In this document: one piece after another, positions 1 to 10,009 of the stretch
How positions within the stretch are numbered: position 1 is the first letter of the stretch
Layout: each line of letters starts with the position of its first letter
Virus record (IMG/VR): IMGVR_UViG_3300029250_000344
Length of the DNA stretch: 64,000 nucleotides
Source: a virus
Direction: 5' to 3' (one strand)
Position numbers and translations under genes: made by a program
Notes under the pieces: generated by a model
Database searches by the model: none
The model's input: the letters and a program-made list of their open reading frames with translations, nothing else
What the model was told of the DNA's origin: nothing

Positions 1-1341
1 CTATAAATTGAAATCTATGTTTATTTTATCGTGGGTTATGGTTATCTGTTTAATAGCCTCGTGCAACACTTCGCGCTGTTCTTCGGGAGCCATAGTATCC
101 CAACGGTCACGAATGTTACCAACCTTCTCTACAAGCCGACGTCTTTTTGTCTCCTCCTTTTCTCTATCTTCTTCGTTGACGATTTTGTCTGCTATACGAA
201 CCAGTTGTTGCTTAGATTCTTCAATGGCTTCTATTAAATAATCGTCACCTCCATCACCATACAATCCATAAAGCCTCCTAATTTTTTGCTCTAAGGTTTT
301 CTTCTGTTGTACAAGTTCATCGAGAACGTTGGTCTTAATGTCGTAAGCCTCGGCTTTATTAAACCGACTGGTGTTCTGGAAAAATATAGTCAGCACGGCG
401 TTCTCTATGTCTTGGACGTTGTGGGACTCATTGTCGCAGTTCGGGTCTTTAACCAAATACGCTTTACTTTTTTGACGCGAATAGCAGTATATATGTCCGC
501 CTTGATAACGCATCTTTGCACCGCACACCCCACACACCAACAAGCCTGTCAATAGATAGACATTGTTCCGTGGGGTAGGAGCTGCCGACCGCTTCTTCAT
601 ACAAGCCATGGCACGTTCATAGGTCTCGAGGGATATTATTGGTTCGTGTTTACCCTGATACTCCACTCCGTTATACACAATCACGCCAGTGTTGGTTTTG
701 CGGGCTAAAATCTGCTCGGCCAGCCTGTCGTATTTCATGCCCAGTATGCGCTGTATCTCGTATGTTGAGCAACCCCCTATGTACAAATCATAGATTTTGC
801 GCACAGTCTCAGCGTCTTTATTTGGCACCAGCGTCTTAAGCTTGGGATCATAATCGTACCCAAACGGTGTCCTGCCGCCTCCAGGCCAATATCCTTCACG
901 TACACGACCTAACATACCTGCCTTTGTGCGCTCTTTGATATTCTCACGCTCAAGTTGTGCAAACACAGATAAGATGCCTATCATGGCGCGACCAAATGGG
1001 GTCGCAGTATCAAAGCTTTCACTAATAGACACAAAATCTACATTGTGTGGCAGGAATACCTCCTCAATAAGATAGAGCGTGTCCTTTTGGCTGCGGCTTA
1101 AACGGTCAAGTTTGAACACAACTACCCGCTCAACTTCCCCGCACTTACAATCTTCTATAAGGCGCGTCATTGCAGGACGATTGAGATTGCTGCCGGTATA
1201 TCCACCATCTACATAATGTTCAAAAGATTTATATCCTTTCAGCTTACAGTATGCTTCTAACCGCTCGCCTTGAATGTCGATGCTGTAGCCTTCTTCGGCT
1301 TGTGCATCGGTAGATACTCGTGCGTATAGCGCAGTAACCAT
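1..1341 (-). CDS. large serine recombinase / integrase, C-terminus truncated by window edge
   Basis: N-terminal resolvase-type catalytic domain (YARVSTDAQ..., Ser/Arg motifs), recombinase domain and Cys-rich zinc-ribbon region. The ORF runs off position 1. Confidence 0.8.
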   Translation of the reverse strand: MVTALYARVSTDAQAEEGYSIDIQGERLEAYCKLKGYKSFEHYVDGGYTGSNLNRPAMTRLIEDCKCGEVERVVVFKLDRLSRSQKDTLYLIEEVFLPHNVDFVSISESFDTATPFGRAMIGILSVFAQLERENIKERTKAGMLGRVREGYWPGGGRTPFGYDYDPKLKTLVPNKDAETVRKIYDLYIGGCSTYEIQRILGMKYDRLAEQILARKTNTGVIVYNGVEYQGKHEPIISLETYERAMACMKKRSAAPTPRNNVYLLTGLLVCGVCGAKMRYQGGHIYCYSRQKSKAYLVKDPNCDNESHNVQDIENAVLTIFFQNTSRFNKAEAYDIKTNVLDELVQQKKTLEQKIRRLYGLYGDGGDDYLIEAIEESKQQLVRIADKIVNEEDREKEETKRRRLVEKVGNIRDRWDTMAPEEQREVLHEAIKQITITHDKINIDFNL

Positions 1342-1358
1342 AATGTTCCTCCTTAACC

Positions 1359-1393
1359 AAAAAAAAACTAAGGGAGTCTTTCGACTCCCTTAG
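1359..1393 (-). terminator. intrinsic terminator on minus strand
   Basis: Perfect 11-bp stem CTAAGGGAGTC/GACTCCCTTAG with a TTTC loop. On the minus strand it is followed by a T9 run. Lies just upstream of the recombinase start. Confidence 0.6.
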
Positions 1394-1617
1394 TATATCA
1401 TACTGCCTCCTTAATTTCTACTGTTTTTGACCTACTGTTATTCGATATCGAGCGGCTAAAATCGTGCTGTCGATACTCCTCCATGCTCACTTGGACTCCA
1501 TTGATGCTTACTGTTATTTCATATTCCATATACAAGTTATTGCCTGTTCTTGTTGATTCATACCTTACTCACCGAGATTTATATGGTGCCCACATCTTGG
1601 ACAATGGACGATTCTGC

Positions 1618-1830
1618 TCATACACATCGACCTTTCATAAATCGTTTCCCGCACAGTGGACAGTTGCGTATCTCAATGATATCTTGAGTCGTGAAACTGC
1701 CATCATCGTCAAGCACTCTCACTCTCAATATTCCCTGCCTGTTTACAGCCATCTCAATGCCACTGTATTCAACGGCTTGGTTCATTGGAACAAAATCATT
1801 TGTCTCAGACTCACAGTATGGACATCTCAT
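1618..1830 (-). CDS. small zinc-ribbon protein
   Basis: CPYC...CPLC Cys pairs. Same strand as its neighbours. The overlapping plus-strand ORF 1483..1854 is considered spurious. Confidence 0.4.
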   Translation of the reverse strand: MRCPYCESETNDFVPMNQAVEYSGIEMAVNRQGILRVRVLDDDGSFTTQDIIEIRNCPLCGKRFMKGRCV

Positions 1831-1834
1831 AGAA

Positions 1835-2401
1835 TTAACCTTTCATCATCTTAAGAGGGAGTAATACAGTTGTACGCTCTCTCATCCACGGCTTATCGGC
1901 TGGCACAAAATCGCCGTCATATTCTGTTAGGACAACGAAGTCCCCGACAATGTATTGAATACTATCTCCAGACTCCGGTGCTCCGGTATTTTTATTGTAG
2001 GTTTGAGCCAAGCATACCTTCCGAACACACTTATCCATTGCCTCTCTGATAAAATACAGCGTACCATCGTGAACACAACTTTCAGATGTGAAGTAATCGA
2101 AATCTGCATTGCAATTAAAAGAAATACTAACATCAAAACAGATTTCGGTTTTATCATCAACCTTTCTCTCAAAGAAAAAGTTTCTGGCACCGTGAAGATA
2201 TTTATCGAAGATGGTTTCGGTCTCATAATCTTCAACAGCATTATCCCAGCTACGGTCTACGTAACTTGAACGATAGGTATTTTGTACTGTTGCTTTGCAG
2301 AAATCAAATGACTTACTCATAGATTCCCCCCGAAATATCGAGTTCGCCGACCGCCTTGATTCCGAATAGCTTGATATACTTTTCGCCCTCCCACCAGTCA
2401 T
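1835..2401 (-). CDS. hypothetical protein (true start possibly the internal Met at 2320)
   Basis: ORF from the track. The internal MSKSF start would remove most of the overlap with the upstream ORF. Confidence 0.4.
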   Translation of the reverse strand: MTGGRAKSISSYSESRRSANSIFRGESMSKSFDFCKATVQNTYRSSYVDRSWDNAVEDYETETIFDKYLHGARNFFFERKVDDKTEICFDVSISFNCNADFDYFTSESCVHDGTLYFIREAMDKCVRKVCLAQTYNKNTGAPESGDSIQYIVGDFVVLTEYDGDFVPADKPWMRERTTVLLPLKMMKG

Positions 2402-2594
2402 TCAGAAACTCGACGTCACTAAGGCTTATTGGACTGGCAACTTCGTTACGAAGGTCATAGGTATGCCCGTCGTAGGAAGTACCAATGGATACGATAACTG
2501 TGTCTAAGAAGTTGTGATTCCAATACCTATAAATGTAATCGCTTATAGCGTCATAACCCGATTGACCATTTTTTAATACAATATCAATCATCAA
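2313..2594 (-). CDS. hypothetical protein
   Basis: ORF in operon orientation. Confidence 0.35.
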   Translation of the reverse strand: MMIDIVLKNGQSGYDAISDYIYRYWNHNFLDTVIVSIGTSYDGHTYDLRNEVASPISLSDVEFLNDWWEGEKYIKLFGIKAVGELDISGGIYE

Positions 2595-2717
2595 ATTAAC
2601 CTTCTTTCATGTTCTCCAATATTCCTGTTCTTTGTCCCACCATTCAATCTTTCTCGGCCTTTAACTCTTTCCGCCGCCTACGCAAGGGTCTTACGGTGCC
2701 TTATTATCTGTTATACC

Positions 2718-3668
2718 TTACTCGCCGAATTTTATTATGGGGAGCGTGCCATCGCCACCTACATACTGCGGTAGTTTGCCATCCCAATGATTAGCGTAGT
2801 AATACCTTACCAAAGCGTCAGTCAGGGACTCGGCCAGCTTGCGGTTCATTTCAGCCTCCTTTTCGCCAGCATACTTAGCAGCATCGGCTTCTATCTTGGC
2901 AACTTCGGCGGCGGCTTCAGCGTTAATACGGGATACTTCAGCAGCGGCCTGTGCTTCTATCACTTGTCGCTGTGATGCGGCTTCAGTCTCCATAGTCTTC
3001 TGCGCCTGTTCGGTTTGTGCTTTAAGCTTATTCTGTTCGGCTACTTGTTTGGCTTCAACAGCATCCGTAAAAGCATCCGTAAAATCAACGTCCTCTATGG
3101 ATATTGCTACAATATTTATGCCATACTCAGACACGTCCTCAGACAGTGCTATGCGTATCTGTTCACTTATTTCGCTACGATTGGACATGAGGGACTCTGC
3201 CGTATACTGGGCAAATACAATCTTGACATGCTCAAGGATGCGAGGATACAGGATGGCATTGTAGTAGTCTTCTCCAACAGTTTTGTATAGCACCTGCGCC
3301 GTATTCTGGTCGATGCAATAGTTAATAGACACTTTCAGGTCTACCTGCTGGATGTCTGAACTAAATGCTTCAGTTTCTATGAGTGTTTTCTGTGTACGGT
3401 TATCTATTTTAACAACATTTTGCCATGGAGCTTTAGCGTGCATACCTGCTCCAATATTGCCGTCTTCAACTTTGCCAAATGTGGTCAGAATGCCTGTATA
3501 GCCGGTCGGCACAGATGTAATGGTGCTAAAAGCGAGTCCTGCTACCAGAGGTACAGCCGCCAGAAACTGAAACTTATTCAGAAATTTCTTGTCGTGCTCT
3601 ACATTGCTTATGCCCGTAAGCAGAAATACGCCTATCGCCAGAACGATGCCTAAAACGAATATAATCAT
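2718..3668 (-). CDS. SPFH/band-7 (prohibitin/HflC-like) membrane protein
   Basis: N-terminal TM helix, SPFH-like core and an Ala/Glu-rich coiled-coil tail. Confidence 0.6.
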   Translation of the reverse strand: MIIFVLGIVLAIGVFLLTGISNVEHDKKFLNKFQFLAAVPLVAGLAFSTITSVPTGYTGILTTFGKVEDGNIGAGMHAKAPWQNVVKIDNRTQKTLIETEAFSSDIQQVDLKVSINYCIDQNTAQVLYKTVGEDYYNAILYPRILEHVKIVFAQYTAESLMSNRSEISEQIRIALSEDVSEYGINIVAISIEDVDFTDAFTDAVEAKQVAEQNKLKAQTEQAQKTMETEAASQRQVIEAQAAAEVSRINAEAAAEVAKIEADAAKYAGEKEAEMNRKLAESLTDALVRYYYANHWDGKLPQYVGGDGTLPIIKFGE

Positions 3669-3680
3669 ATAACTACCCCC

Positions 3681-4115
3681 TTAATTTTCGCCTGTACTAC
3701 CGAATCCACCGCGATTAGCGTTGCCTAAATCATCTACGGATTCAAACGTTATATTGCCGAACTCATGCCGCATAGTTTTGTTTATGCGGAACTGGCAAAT
3801 GCGTGTGCCATCTGGGATAAACGTGTCACGCAGAGCATACACGGGGAATCTCCACACGTCATCATTGCCGCGATAGCTGCTGTCAATCACTCCGTAATGG
3901 TTGGTCTGTATTACGCCCCATTTAGCAAAGGTTGAGCTGCGAGGCACGACATTGGCCTCGTACCCATCAGGCAATGCCATGGCAAAGCCGAGAGGTATGA
4001 GAGCAGACTCACCAGACTTAAGTCGAGTGTCGCCACAGGCATAACAGTCAATCCACTCTCCTTCTGCAATCATCTTTAGCTCAGGAGAGCCACAATATTT
4101 AATCTTGATGTTCAT
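3681..4115 (-). CDS. dut: dUTP diphosphatase
   Basis: GVIDSSYRGND motif and overall dUTPase-like layout in 144 aa. Confidence 0.75.
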   Translation of the reverse strand: MNIKIKYCGSPELKMIAEGEWIDCYACGDTRLKSGESALIPLGFAMALPDGYEANVVPRSSTFAKWGVIQTNHYGVIDSSYRGNDDVWRFPVYALRDTFIPDGTRICQFRINKTMRHEFGNITFESVDDLGNANRGGFGSTGEN

Positions 4116-4668
4116 TCAGACTCCTTATCTCATCTAAAGTTCTTGGTGTGTAGTCCATCCACGGCATCATAGCCCCAACGTTATACATATGGCATGGTAT
4201 CCCGTATAGCTCTTGCATCAAGTAGCGGTTGTGCTCCATCATGTTGTACTCGAAGGAGCTATGAACATGACCATACAAGTGATACCAACCGTAGTAATGG
4301 TTTTTGAAGCACGGGATGGGGTAGTGGCAAAGCACTACCTTTCTCCCCGCGTCTTCGACTTCTAAGTATTCAGTCACCTTAACGAATTTTTTGAGAAACC
4401 GCCCGTCGCCACAACGGTCGTGGTTCCCTTTGATTAAGAAGATATTGCCATTTAATTGCTCGAGGACGGCGATAGCTTCTTGCATATTGCACCAGAACAT
4501 ATCTCCCAGCATATATACTATGTCGCTTGCGCCCACAGCTGAGTTCCAACGCTCAATAAGTGTCGCGTTCATTGCTTCAACCGTTTTGAATGGGCGATTA
4601 TCAAACGCTAATATGTTTTGATGCCCGTAGTGCCAGTCGGAGATGTATAGCTTTCTGTTATCAGGCAT
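4099..4668 (-). CDS. calcineurin-like metallophosphoesterase
   Basis: DWHYGH, GDMF, GNHD motifs. Confidence 0.7.
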   Translation of the reverse strand: MPDNRKLYISDWHYGHQNILAFDNRPFKTVEAMNATLIERWNSAVGASDIVYMLGDMFWCNMQEAIAVLEQLNGNIFLIKGNHDRCGDGRFLKKFVKVTEYLEVEDAGRKVVLCHYPIPCFKNHYYGWYHLYGHVHSSFEYNMMEHNRYLMQELYGIPCHMYNVGAMMPWMDYTPRTLDEIRSLNEHQD

Positions 4669-4677
4669 ACTGTACCC

Positions 4678-6912
4678 TTAGCTACATTTGCTCCAGCCAC
4701 ACTGCTTGCAAACAATGCATCCACCTTCATGCACAACTTCTTTGGCTCCGCAACTTGGGCACGCACCACCCTCAGATGTAGCAACAACAGGGGTTTCCTG
4801 CACCGCATCTTCTTCGTTAGCGCTCTGTTTCAGTTCGTCAAGAATCTGCTGTAACATATACGCTATTGCGCTGGGGCAAGAGCGTCCCTTGCTAACCTCT
4901 ATGCCTTTGCCGCGTGCATACTGATAGCTTGGGCAACTGCCAGCTTTCTGTAGCTGTTCAATTATATATTCTATTGGCACTCCTCCGCGCAATGCGGCAG
5001 ACATGAGACGGCTATTAGCTTGCGTTGACACTACACAACCACCAACGCCATCCGTGTTTGTGAAGAAGTCGTATATCTTACCTTCATCCTCGTCTATACC
5101 GACAAATAGATAAAGTTTGCCACACCCAGTCTTTAACTTATATTTACGATAGGTTAAACCTTCGGGTACATCCTCTATCATGCCACGTTGCAGCTCTTCA
5201 CAAACACGTGGGTCATCGCCATGGTGCGCCTCATTACTGTCAACCAGTATACCTTCACGCTCACACCCAGCACGATAGATGGTTAAACCTTTCAGTCCTG
5301 CCTTCCATGCTTCCATATAGATATTCATCACATCATCTATAGTGGTTTCGTATGGCAAGTTGATAGTGGAGCTAATAGATGCGTCTATATGGCTCTGCCA
5401 AATCGACTGCATAGCTATGCGGTCTATATAGTCAATATCCTTGGCGGTGACGAAATAAGATGGTAATTCAGCCTCATCTTTGAGATTGTGCATTTCCATA
5501 TACTTCTGGACTATAGGAGTATACACCTTATACGTTACTTCCTTGTTATGCAAGCTTTCTGTACGGCGCGTATATGAATTGGCGAAGATAGGTTCTATGC
5601 CGCCACTAATACCAAGCATTGTGCTAAGAGTCCCAGTTGGTGCAATAGTCAGAAGCTGTGAGTTCTTCATACTAATAGGTGTGCGCTTACTATAACGACA
5701 ATTATACTTAAAGAACCCTGTATCCTTATAATTATCAGGGGATAATACGTCAATCTCCTTTGTAGCAGTCATGGAAGCATCTATTGCTGTGTCGGCAAGA
5801 TGAATTCCTATCTCATCACACAGTTCTATTGCAGCGCTTGAGCCGTATTCGACACCCATCATAATTAGCATGTCTGCTAACCCCATTATGCCAAGTCCTA
5901 TCTGACGCCACTTGCGTACGCTATTTCTTTGTTCTTTGAGAGGGTGCAGTGGCATACCTTCATCCAGCACGTCATTCAAGGCATTTACAGCCCTTTCCAC
6001 CGTATTGATGAATGACTGATAATCGAATGAAGCAAAGGGTGTAAATGGTTTTTCGACGAAAGCCGCAAGATTAATGCTGCCAAGCAAACACGAGCCCCCC
6101 TCCGGCAACGGCTCTTCAGCGCATGGATTTACGCCAGCAAACTCAAATTCAGGTGTGTTCGCAAGTAGATTCCACGTCTTTATTCTATCCCAAAACAATA
6201 TACCCGGCTCGGCGGTACGCCAGTTCATTTCAGCTATCTTACGAAATACATCACGAGCATTGACCGTCTTGCTAATGGTTTCGCCTGTCTCAGGACGTGT
6301 ATATGACAGTGTGTAAGGCAAATTGAGTTCTACGGCTACCATAAAGTCATCGGTGATTCGTACAGATATATTTGCCTTAGTGACACGAGATAAATCTGAT
6401 TTGACTTCGATAAATTCTTCGAGGTCGGGGTGGTCACAAGGCATTGAAATCATCAAAGCCCCGCGCCGGCCACATTGCCCTATCAGCCCTGTTACCATGG
6501 AATACAAATCCATAAACGATACAGCACCAGATGTTTCTTTAGCAGTGTTATGAATCTTAGCTCCGCGTGGGGCAAGTTTGCCGAGGTCGATGCCGCACCC
6601 TCCACCATAGCTGAATGTCCGTGCTAACTTGGAAGCACATTCAAAAATAGATTCTATTGAATCTTCGGGCGGCGCAATAACGTAACAGTTAGAATATGTA
6701 ACCTTCTCGCCGTTCTTGTTGAGTCCTCTGTTAGCAAGGATTCTACCGCCAAATAGGAATTTTTTCTCCTTGATGAGAGTTTTAACCGACTCGTCTCCCC
6801 CGCTAACGCGGTCAAGCCATTCGTCAAATGATTCGTTACCGTTCTGGTATTTTTTATGCCATATGTCAATACCAATCTGATTGTCTGCGCCAAGCCATTC
6901 TTCTACTTTCAT
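4678..6912 (-). CDS. nrdJ: ribonucleotide reductase large subunit, probably class II (B12-dependent)
   Basis: NPCAEEPL...GSCLLGSINL active-site region. No ATP cone. C-terminal CxxC...CxxC zinc ribbon. No beta-subunit gene nearby. The ATG at 6912 overlaps the stop of the upstream kinase gene (ATGA); the track ORF extends to 6957. Confidence 0.75.
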   Translation of the reverse strand: MKVEEWLGADNQIGIDIWHKKYQNGNESFDEWLDRVSGGDESVKTLIKEKKFLFGGRILANRGLNKNGEKVTYSNCYVIAPPEDSIESIFECASKLARTFSYGGGCGIDLGKLAPRGAKIHNTAKETSGAVSFMDLYSMVTGLIGQCGRRGALMISMPCDHPDLEEFIEVKSDLSRVTKANISVRITDDFMVAVELNLPYTLSYTRPETGETISKTVNARDVFRKIAEMNWRTAEPGILFWDRIKTWNLLANTPEFEFAGVNPCAEEPLPEGGSCLLGSINLAAFVEKPFTPFASFDYQSFINTVERAVNALNDVLDEGMPLHPLKEQRNSVRKWRQIGLGIMGLADMLIMMGVEYGSSAAIELCDEIGIHLADTAIDASMTATKEIDVLSPDNYKDTGFFKYNCRYSKRTPISMKNSQLLTIAPTGTLSTMLGISGGIEPIFANSYTRRTESLHNKEVTYKVYTPIVQKYMEMHNLKDEAELPSYFVTAKDIDYIDRIAMQSIWQSHIDASISSTINLPYETTIDDVMNIYMEAWKAGLKGLTIYRAGCEREGILVDSNEAHHGDDPRVCEELQRGMIEDVPEGLTYRKYKLKTGCGKLYLFVGIDEDEGKIYDFFTNTDGVGGCVVSTQANSRLMSAALRGGVPIEYIIEQLQKAGSCPSYQYARGKGIEVSKGRSCPSAIAYMLQQILDELKQSANEEDAVQETPVVATSEGGACPSCGAKEVVHEGGCIVCKQCGWSKCS

Positions 6913-7481
6913 TTGCCACGACCTTTCTTGTTTTCTGTGTTCTGTATATATTCCCATATCTCATCAACCGTAGTTACAATCGCATCGTTCCAAATCGTTG
7001 TATCTGTAAGATTCGCGACTTCTGCAAACGCCTTACGGTCGTGCGATATGCGGGCTTCAATCTGTTCGGGGTCATCGCCTCTATTGGCCATTCTTAAACG
7101 TCGTGTGATGCCCGTAGCCTTTAGATAAATGGCTTTAATCCCCTTCTTGCCGTGATAACGCTCTCTAAACGTTATAAGCCCTGCCGGGTCAATTACGTAC
7201 AAATCCGCGTTATCCGCCTGAGACTGCGTACACCAGTACATATTGCCGTCAAATACGGTTTCTGCGACGATATCAGGGTACTGGTGGTGTATTTGGTCAA
7301 ACGTCAGGCCGGACACGAATATATGGCCGTTCTCGCCCTCAAATCGAGGCTCACGCGTGGTATAACTGCGTAGTTCGGTCAGGCCGTATTGCTTGCACAA
7401 CTCCTCTACAACACGGGATTTGCCAGCCCCCGATTCCCCGACAATGCAATAGATGTTTTTCATGCGCGAGGCTCTCCGCAA
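6909..7481 (-). CDS. guanylate-kinase-like nucleoside monophosphate kinase
   Basis: GESGAGKS P-loop and TTREPR motif. Confidence 0.65.
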   Translation of the reverse strand: MRRASRMKNIYCIVGESGAGKSRVVEELCKQYGLTELRSYTTREPRFEGENGHIFVSGLTFDQIHHQYPDIVAETVFDGNMYWCTQSQADNADLYVIDPAGLITFRERYHGKKGIKAIYLKATGITRRLRMANRGDDPEQIEARISHDRKAFAEVANLTDTTIWNDAIVTTVDEIWEYIQNTENKKGRGK

Positions 7482-8095
7482 GGGTACGCTTCACGGCACT
7501 CCCCACGCACGCACGGTGCGCCTGCATCCTTAAATAGCTCAGGGGCGGTCTGTTTGCACAGCGCAAGCATCTCGTCTGCCACAGCGCGTATCTCCCACTG
7601 AGCACGATTACAGCAACGCAGTGCAAAAAAGTGCCGCAACTCACGGGCATTCATCGTAACTACCATATTGGTAACAGTTGCTTCGGGCAATACGAATCGT
7701 GCGTCTTCTGCGCCAACACCCATGCCAATAAGAGCGGTATAAGCATTCGCCGCCTGCTGTATCGTTTCTCTGTAAAGTTGGTTGGCACTATCGTTATTGG
7801 TAATGCTGGGCGGTACTACTACATTAACATTGTTCGTGTATTTGCAGTACCGTTGGCTCTCTACAGAGAAACTTGCCAGCCTATGGCGGGTTATCTGTGC
7901 CAGAAATGCTCGACTCACATCCGTTATGCGGAATGTAAATGATACATGCTCCAGCACCGATTCATGCCCGCTCTCTATAGCTACTTCCAGCCCCTTCTTT
8001 GTCGGGCCAGTAGCTCGGCACATACCGGCAGCGATTTGTGCAACCACCACTGGGTCTGGCGTATACGCCAGCAGTTCAACGTGTTTTCCCATCAA
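7460..8095 (-). CDS. thyX: flavin-dependent thymidylate synthase
   Basis: ThyX signature region ITRHRLASFSVESQRY. Confidence 0.85.
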   Translation of the reverse strand: MMGKHVELLAYTPDPVVVAQIAAGMCRATGPTKKGLEVAIESGHESVLEHVSFTFRITDVSRAFLAQITRHRLASFSVESQRYCKYTNNVNVVVPPSITNNDSANQLYRETIQQAANAYTALIGMGVGAEDARFVLPEATVTNMVVTMNARELRHFFALRCCNRAQWEIRAVADEMLALCKQTAPELFKDAGAPCVRGECREAYPCGEPRA

Positions 8096-8298
8096 ACTTC
8101 ACTCCAATCTATAAAATTAAATCCATAAAAATCTTTAGCACAGGCTTCACTGCAAAATACAGCACCCTCGTCTGTTGTTACAGCACAGTCCTCATCTCGA
8201 TAGATAGGACAACCGCAATGGTCGCACCACGCATAGACTTCACGCTTATGATTTGGGCAACGCGGCGGGCATTTCACTCGTTCACATATTTCACACAT
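8092..8298 (-). CDS. Cys-rich small protein
   Basis: 68 aa, Cys-rich (about 10 Cys); likely metal-binding. Confidence 0.4.
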   Translation of the reverse strand: MCEICERVKCPPRCPNHKREVYAWCDHCGCPIYRDEDCAVTTDEGAVFCSEACAKDFYGFNFIDWSEV

Positions 8299-8653
8299 AT
8301 TTATTTTTGTTTAATTTTTTGAGCAAATACAGATAGTCACTTTGTGATATAAGCTGTATGTCGGATATGATTATATCACACTCTGCGTCAAATGTGTTGT
8401 CTATGGCAGCCATCGCTTGCTCCAACGGAAACGTCGGGCTTGTACCGGACACGCAGCCGATAGTCTTGCGCGCATAACCTGTGCGCGGCACCCGTACATC
8501 ATACGTAAAATACCAATAATGTATATCACCTTCCTCTATGTGGTCAACTTTGAATGCATTAGGTGTTCTACCCAAACAAATAGTACATACAGGCTCTCCT
8601 ATTTCCGTGAAGTCGTCAGCTTCATGACCGCATTTCATAATATAGTGTGTCAT
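8291..8653 (-). CDS. hypothetical protein
   Basis: ORF in operon orientation. Confidence 0.4.
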   Translation of the reverse strand: MTHYIMKCGHEADDFTEIGEPVCTICLGRTPNAFKVDHIEEGDIHYWYFTYDVRVPRTGYARKTIGCVSGTSPTFPLEQAMAAIDNTFDAECDIIISDIQLISQSDYLYLLKKLNKNKYV

Positions 8654-8713
8654 CAGTTTTCCGTTGCGGATACCCCTTGCTTTAGCTACGGGGCAACGAA
8701 CCTCCTTTCATAT

Positions 8714-10009
8714 TTATGCTATTAAAAAATTCCGACTACGTTCCAGTAATTTCAAATGCTTATAGTTTACGCCATCCTTAACCTTTGTTCCATCAAGCTG
8801 CCGTAACAAAAAAGAACCACTGGTTCGCCTCCCCCAAACAAAACACACAATGCCATTGTATAACACTTTGTCGTAGAGGCGGTATCCAAAGACATACCTC
8901 TCTGCTTGATTGGACTTGCGGATTCCTCCCTTGAGAACAGTCGCCTTGTGGAGCTGCCGATTGTGGTGTCTCACTGGGCGAATCGTATAAACCTTATTGA
9001 CTTGCACGATCCCCGGAAGATGGCTGACATTGAAGCCATGCTTGCCTTGTGCGATTGCCAGAGCGTCATTGGTGTGGCTCTTGGGGAGCACTAACAACTT
9101 CTCTCGGGTAGCCTTTGTAATGTAGCCTTTCGTTTCGACAACGGGGATGTGCAACTCAGAGCAGAATCTTTGAACCAGTGTTGCCCGCATGACTCCCATG
9201 AACGTAGCATCTCTGGTTGGCCTTCGCTTGCGCTTCTTGAGGTCTTTCTCCGTAATCAACCCGCCGTGATGCTTTTTGTGACAACTTTCGCAAAGAGTGA
9301 TGAGGTTGCCGGGAGCGTCGCCGCCATATTTTCGGCTTTCCAGATGATGAACATGGAGCCGAACTTCATTCTTCTTTGTTGGCTGAACCCCGCAGCACTG
9401 GCAAGCATAGCCATCCCTCCAAAGTACGTACTGACGCACATTGTAGTGACCGTACATCTCTCCCTGCTGGTAGTCCTCTCCCTGTGGGACAGATTTCCCT
9501 TCTTCAATGGTTTTCAGCAGTTGCAAGTCGAACTCAGCAGTTTCTACGACCACCTTGCTCACCGGCAGGATGCGGCAAACCATCTTGATGGCGGTAATAT
9601 GCTCTTGGATTTTCACCTCCACAGAAGGCGCTAACCACCCTTTATGCTTACTGCGAACTCTGTTATTGAAACGTGGTTTACGGTAGCGGTTTTTTCGGTT
9701 TCTCCGAGCCTTGCGGAATTCACGACGAGTTGACATCAATTCCACCACGTCATTGCGCGGCTTTACTTCTGCTGAGAACAACTCCTCTTTTGTAGTGGAC
9801 GCGGACACTCCAATAGTCTTACTCCCAGCGTCCACTCCCAGAATAACCTTTTGAGTGTAACCGCTACTCCCGTAGATTAACTGGATGGTAAAAGGCGTCC
9901 TTTTCTTCACTTTGGCTTTCCCTTCATCCAGCAGATGGCGGGCTTTCGCCGGGGAGCAGGGCATCAGCGGACGCCCGTGCTTGTTAAGGACATATACTTT
10001 ATTTTGCAT
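8714..10009 (-). CDS. iscB: IscB RNA-guided nuclease
   Basis: N-terminal PLMP motif (GRPLMPCSPAKARHLL). RuvC-I GVDAGSKTIGVS. Arg-rich bridge REFRKARRNRKNRYRKPR. RuvC-II ETAEFD. HNH CQCCG...HVHHL...LCESCH. RuvC-III HTNDALA. Confidence 0.85.
   Translation of the reverse strand: MQNKVYVLNKHGRPLMPCSPAKARHLLDEGKAKVKKRTPFTIQLIYGSSGYTQKVILGVDAGSKTIGVSASTTKEELFSAEVKPRNDVVELMSTRREFRKARRNRKNRYRKPRFNNRVRSKHKGWLAPSVEVKIQEHITAIKMVCRILPVSKVVVETAEFDLQLLKTIEEGKSVPQGEDYQQGEMYGHYNVRQYVLWRDGYACQCCGVQPTKKNEVRLHVHHLESRKYGGDAPGNLITLCESCHKKHHGGLITEKDLKKRKRRPTRDATFMGVMRATLVQRFCSELHIPVVETKGYITKATREKLLVLPKSHTNDALAIAQGKHGFNVSHLPGIVQVNKVYTIRPVRHHNRQLHKATVLKGGIRKSNQAERYVFGYRLYDKVLYNGIVCFVWGRRTSGSFLLRQLDGTKVKDGVNYKHLKLLERSRNFLIA

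Noticed and set aside
9149-9634. Plus-strand ORFs embedded antisense in long minus-strand genes (for example 9149..9634, 37126..37740, 43257..43853, 2839..3264).
   Set aside because: They sit entirely within confidently assigned genes on the opposite strand and have low-complexity compositions.
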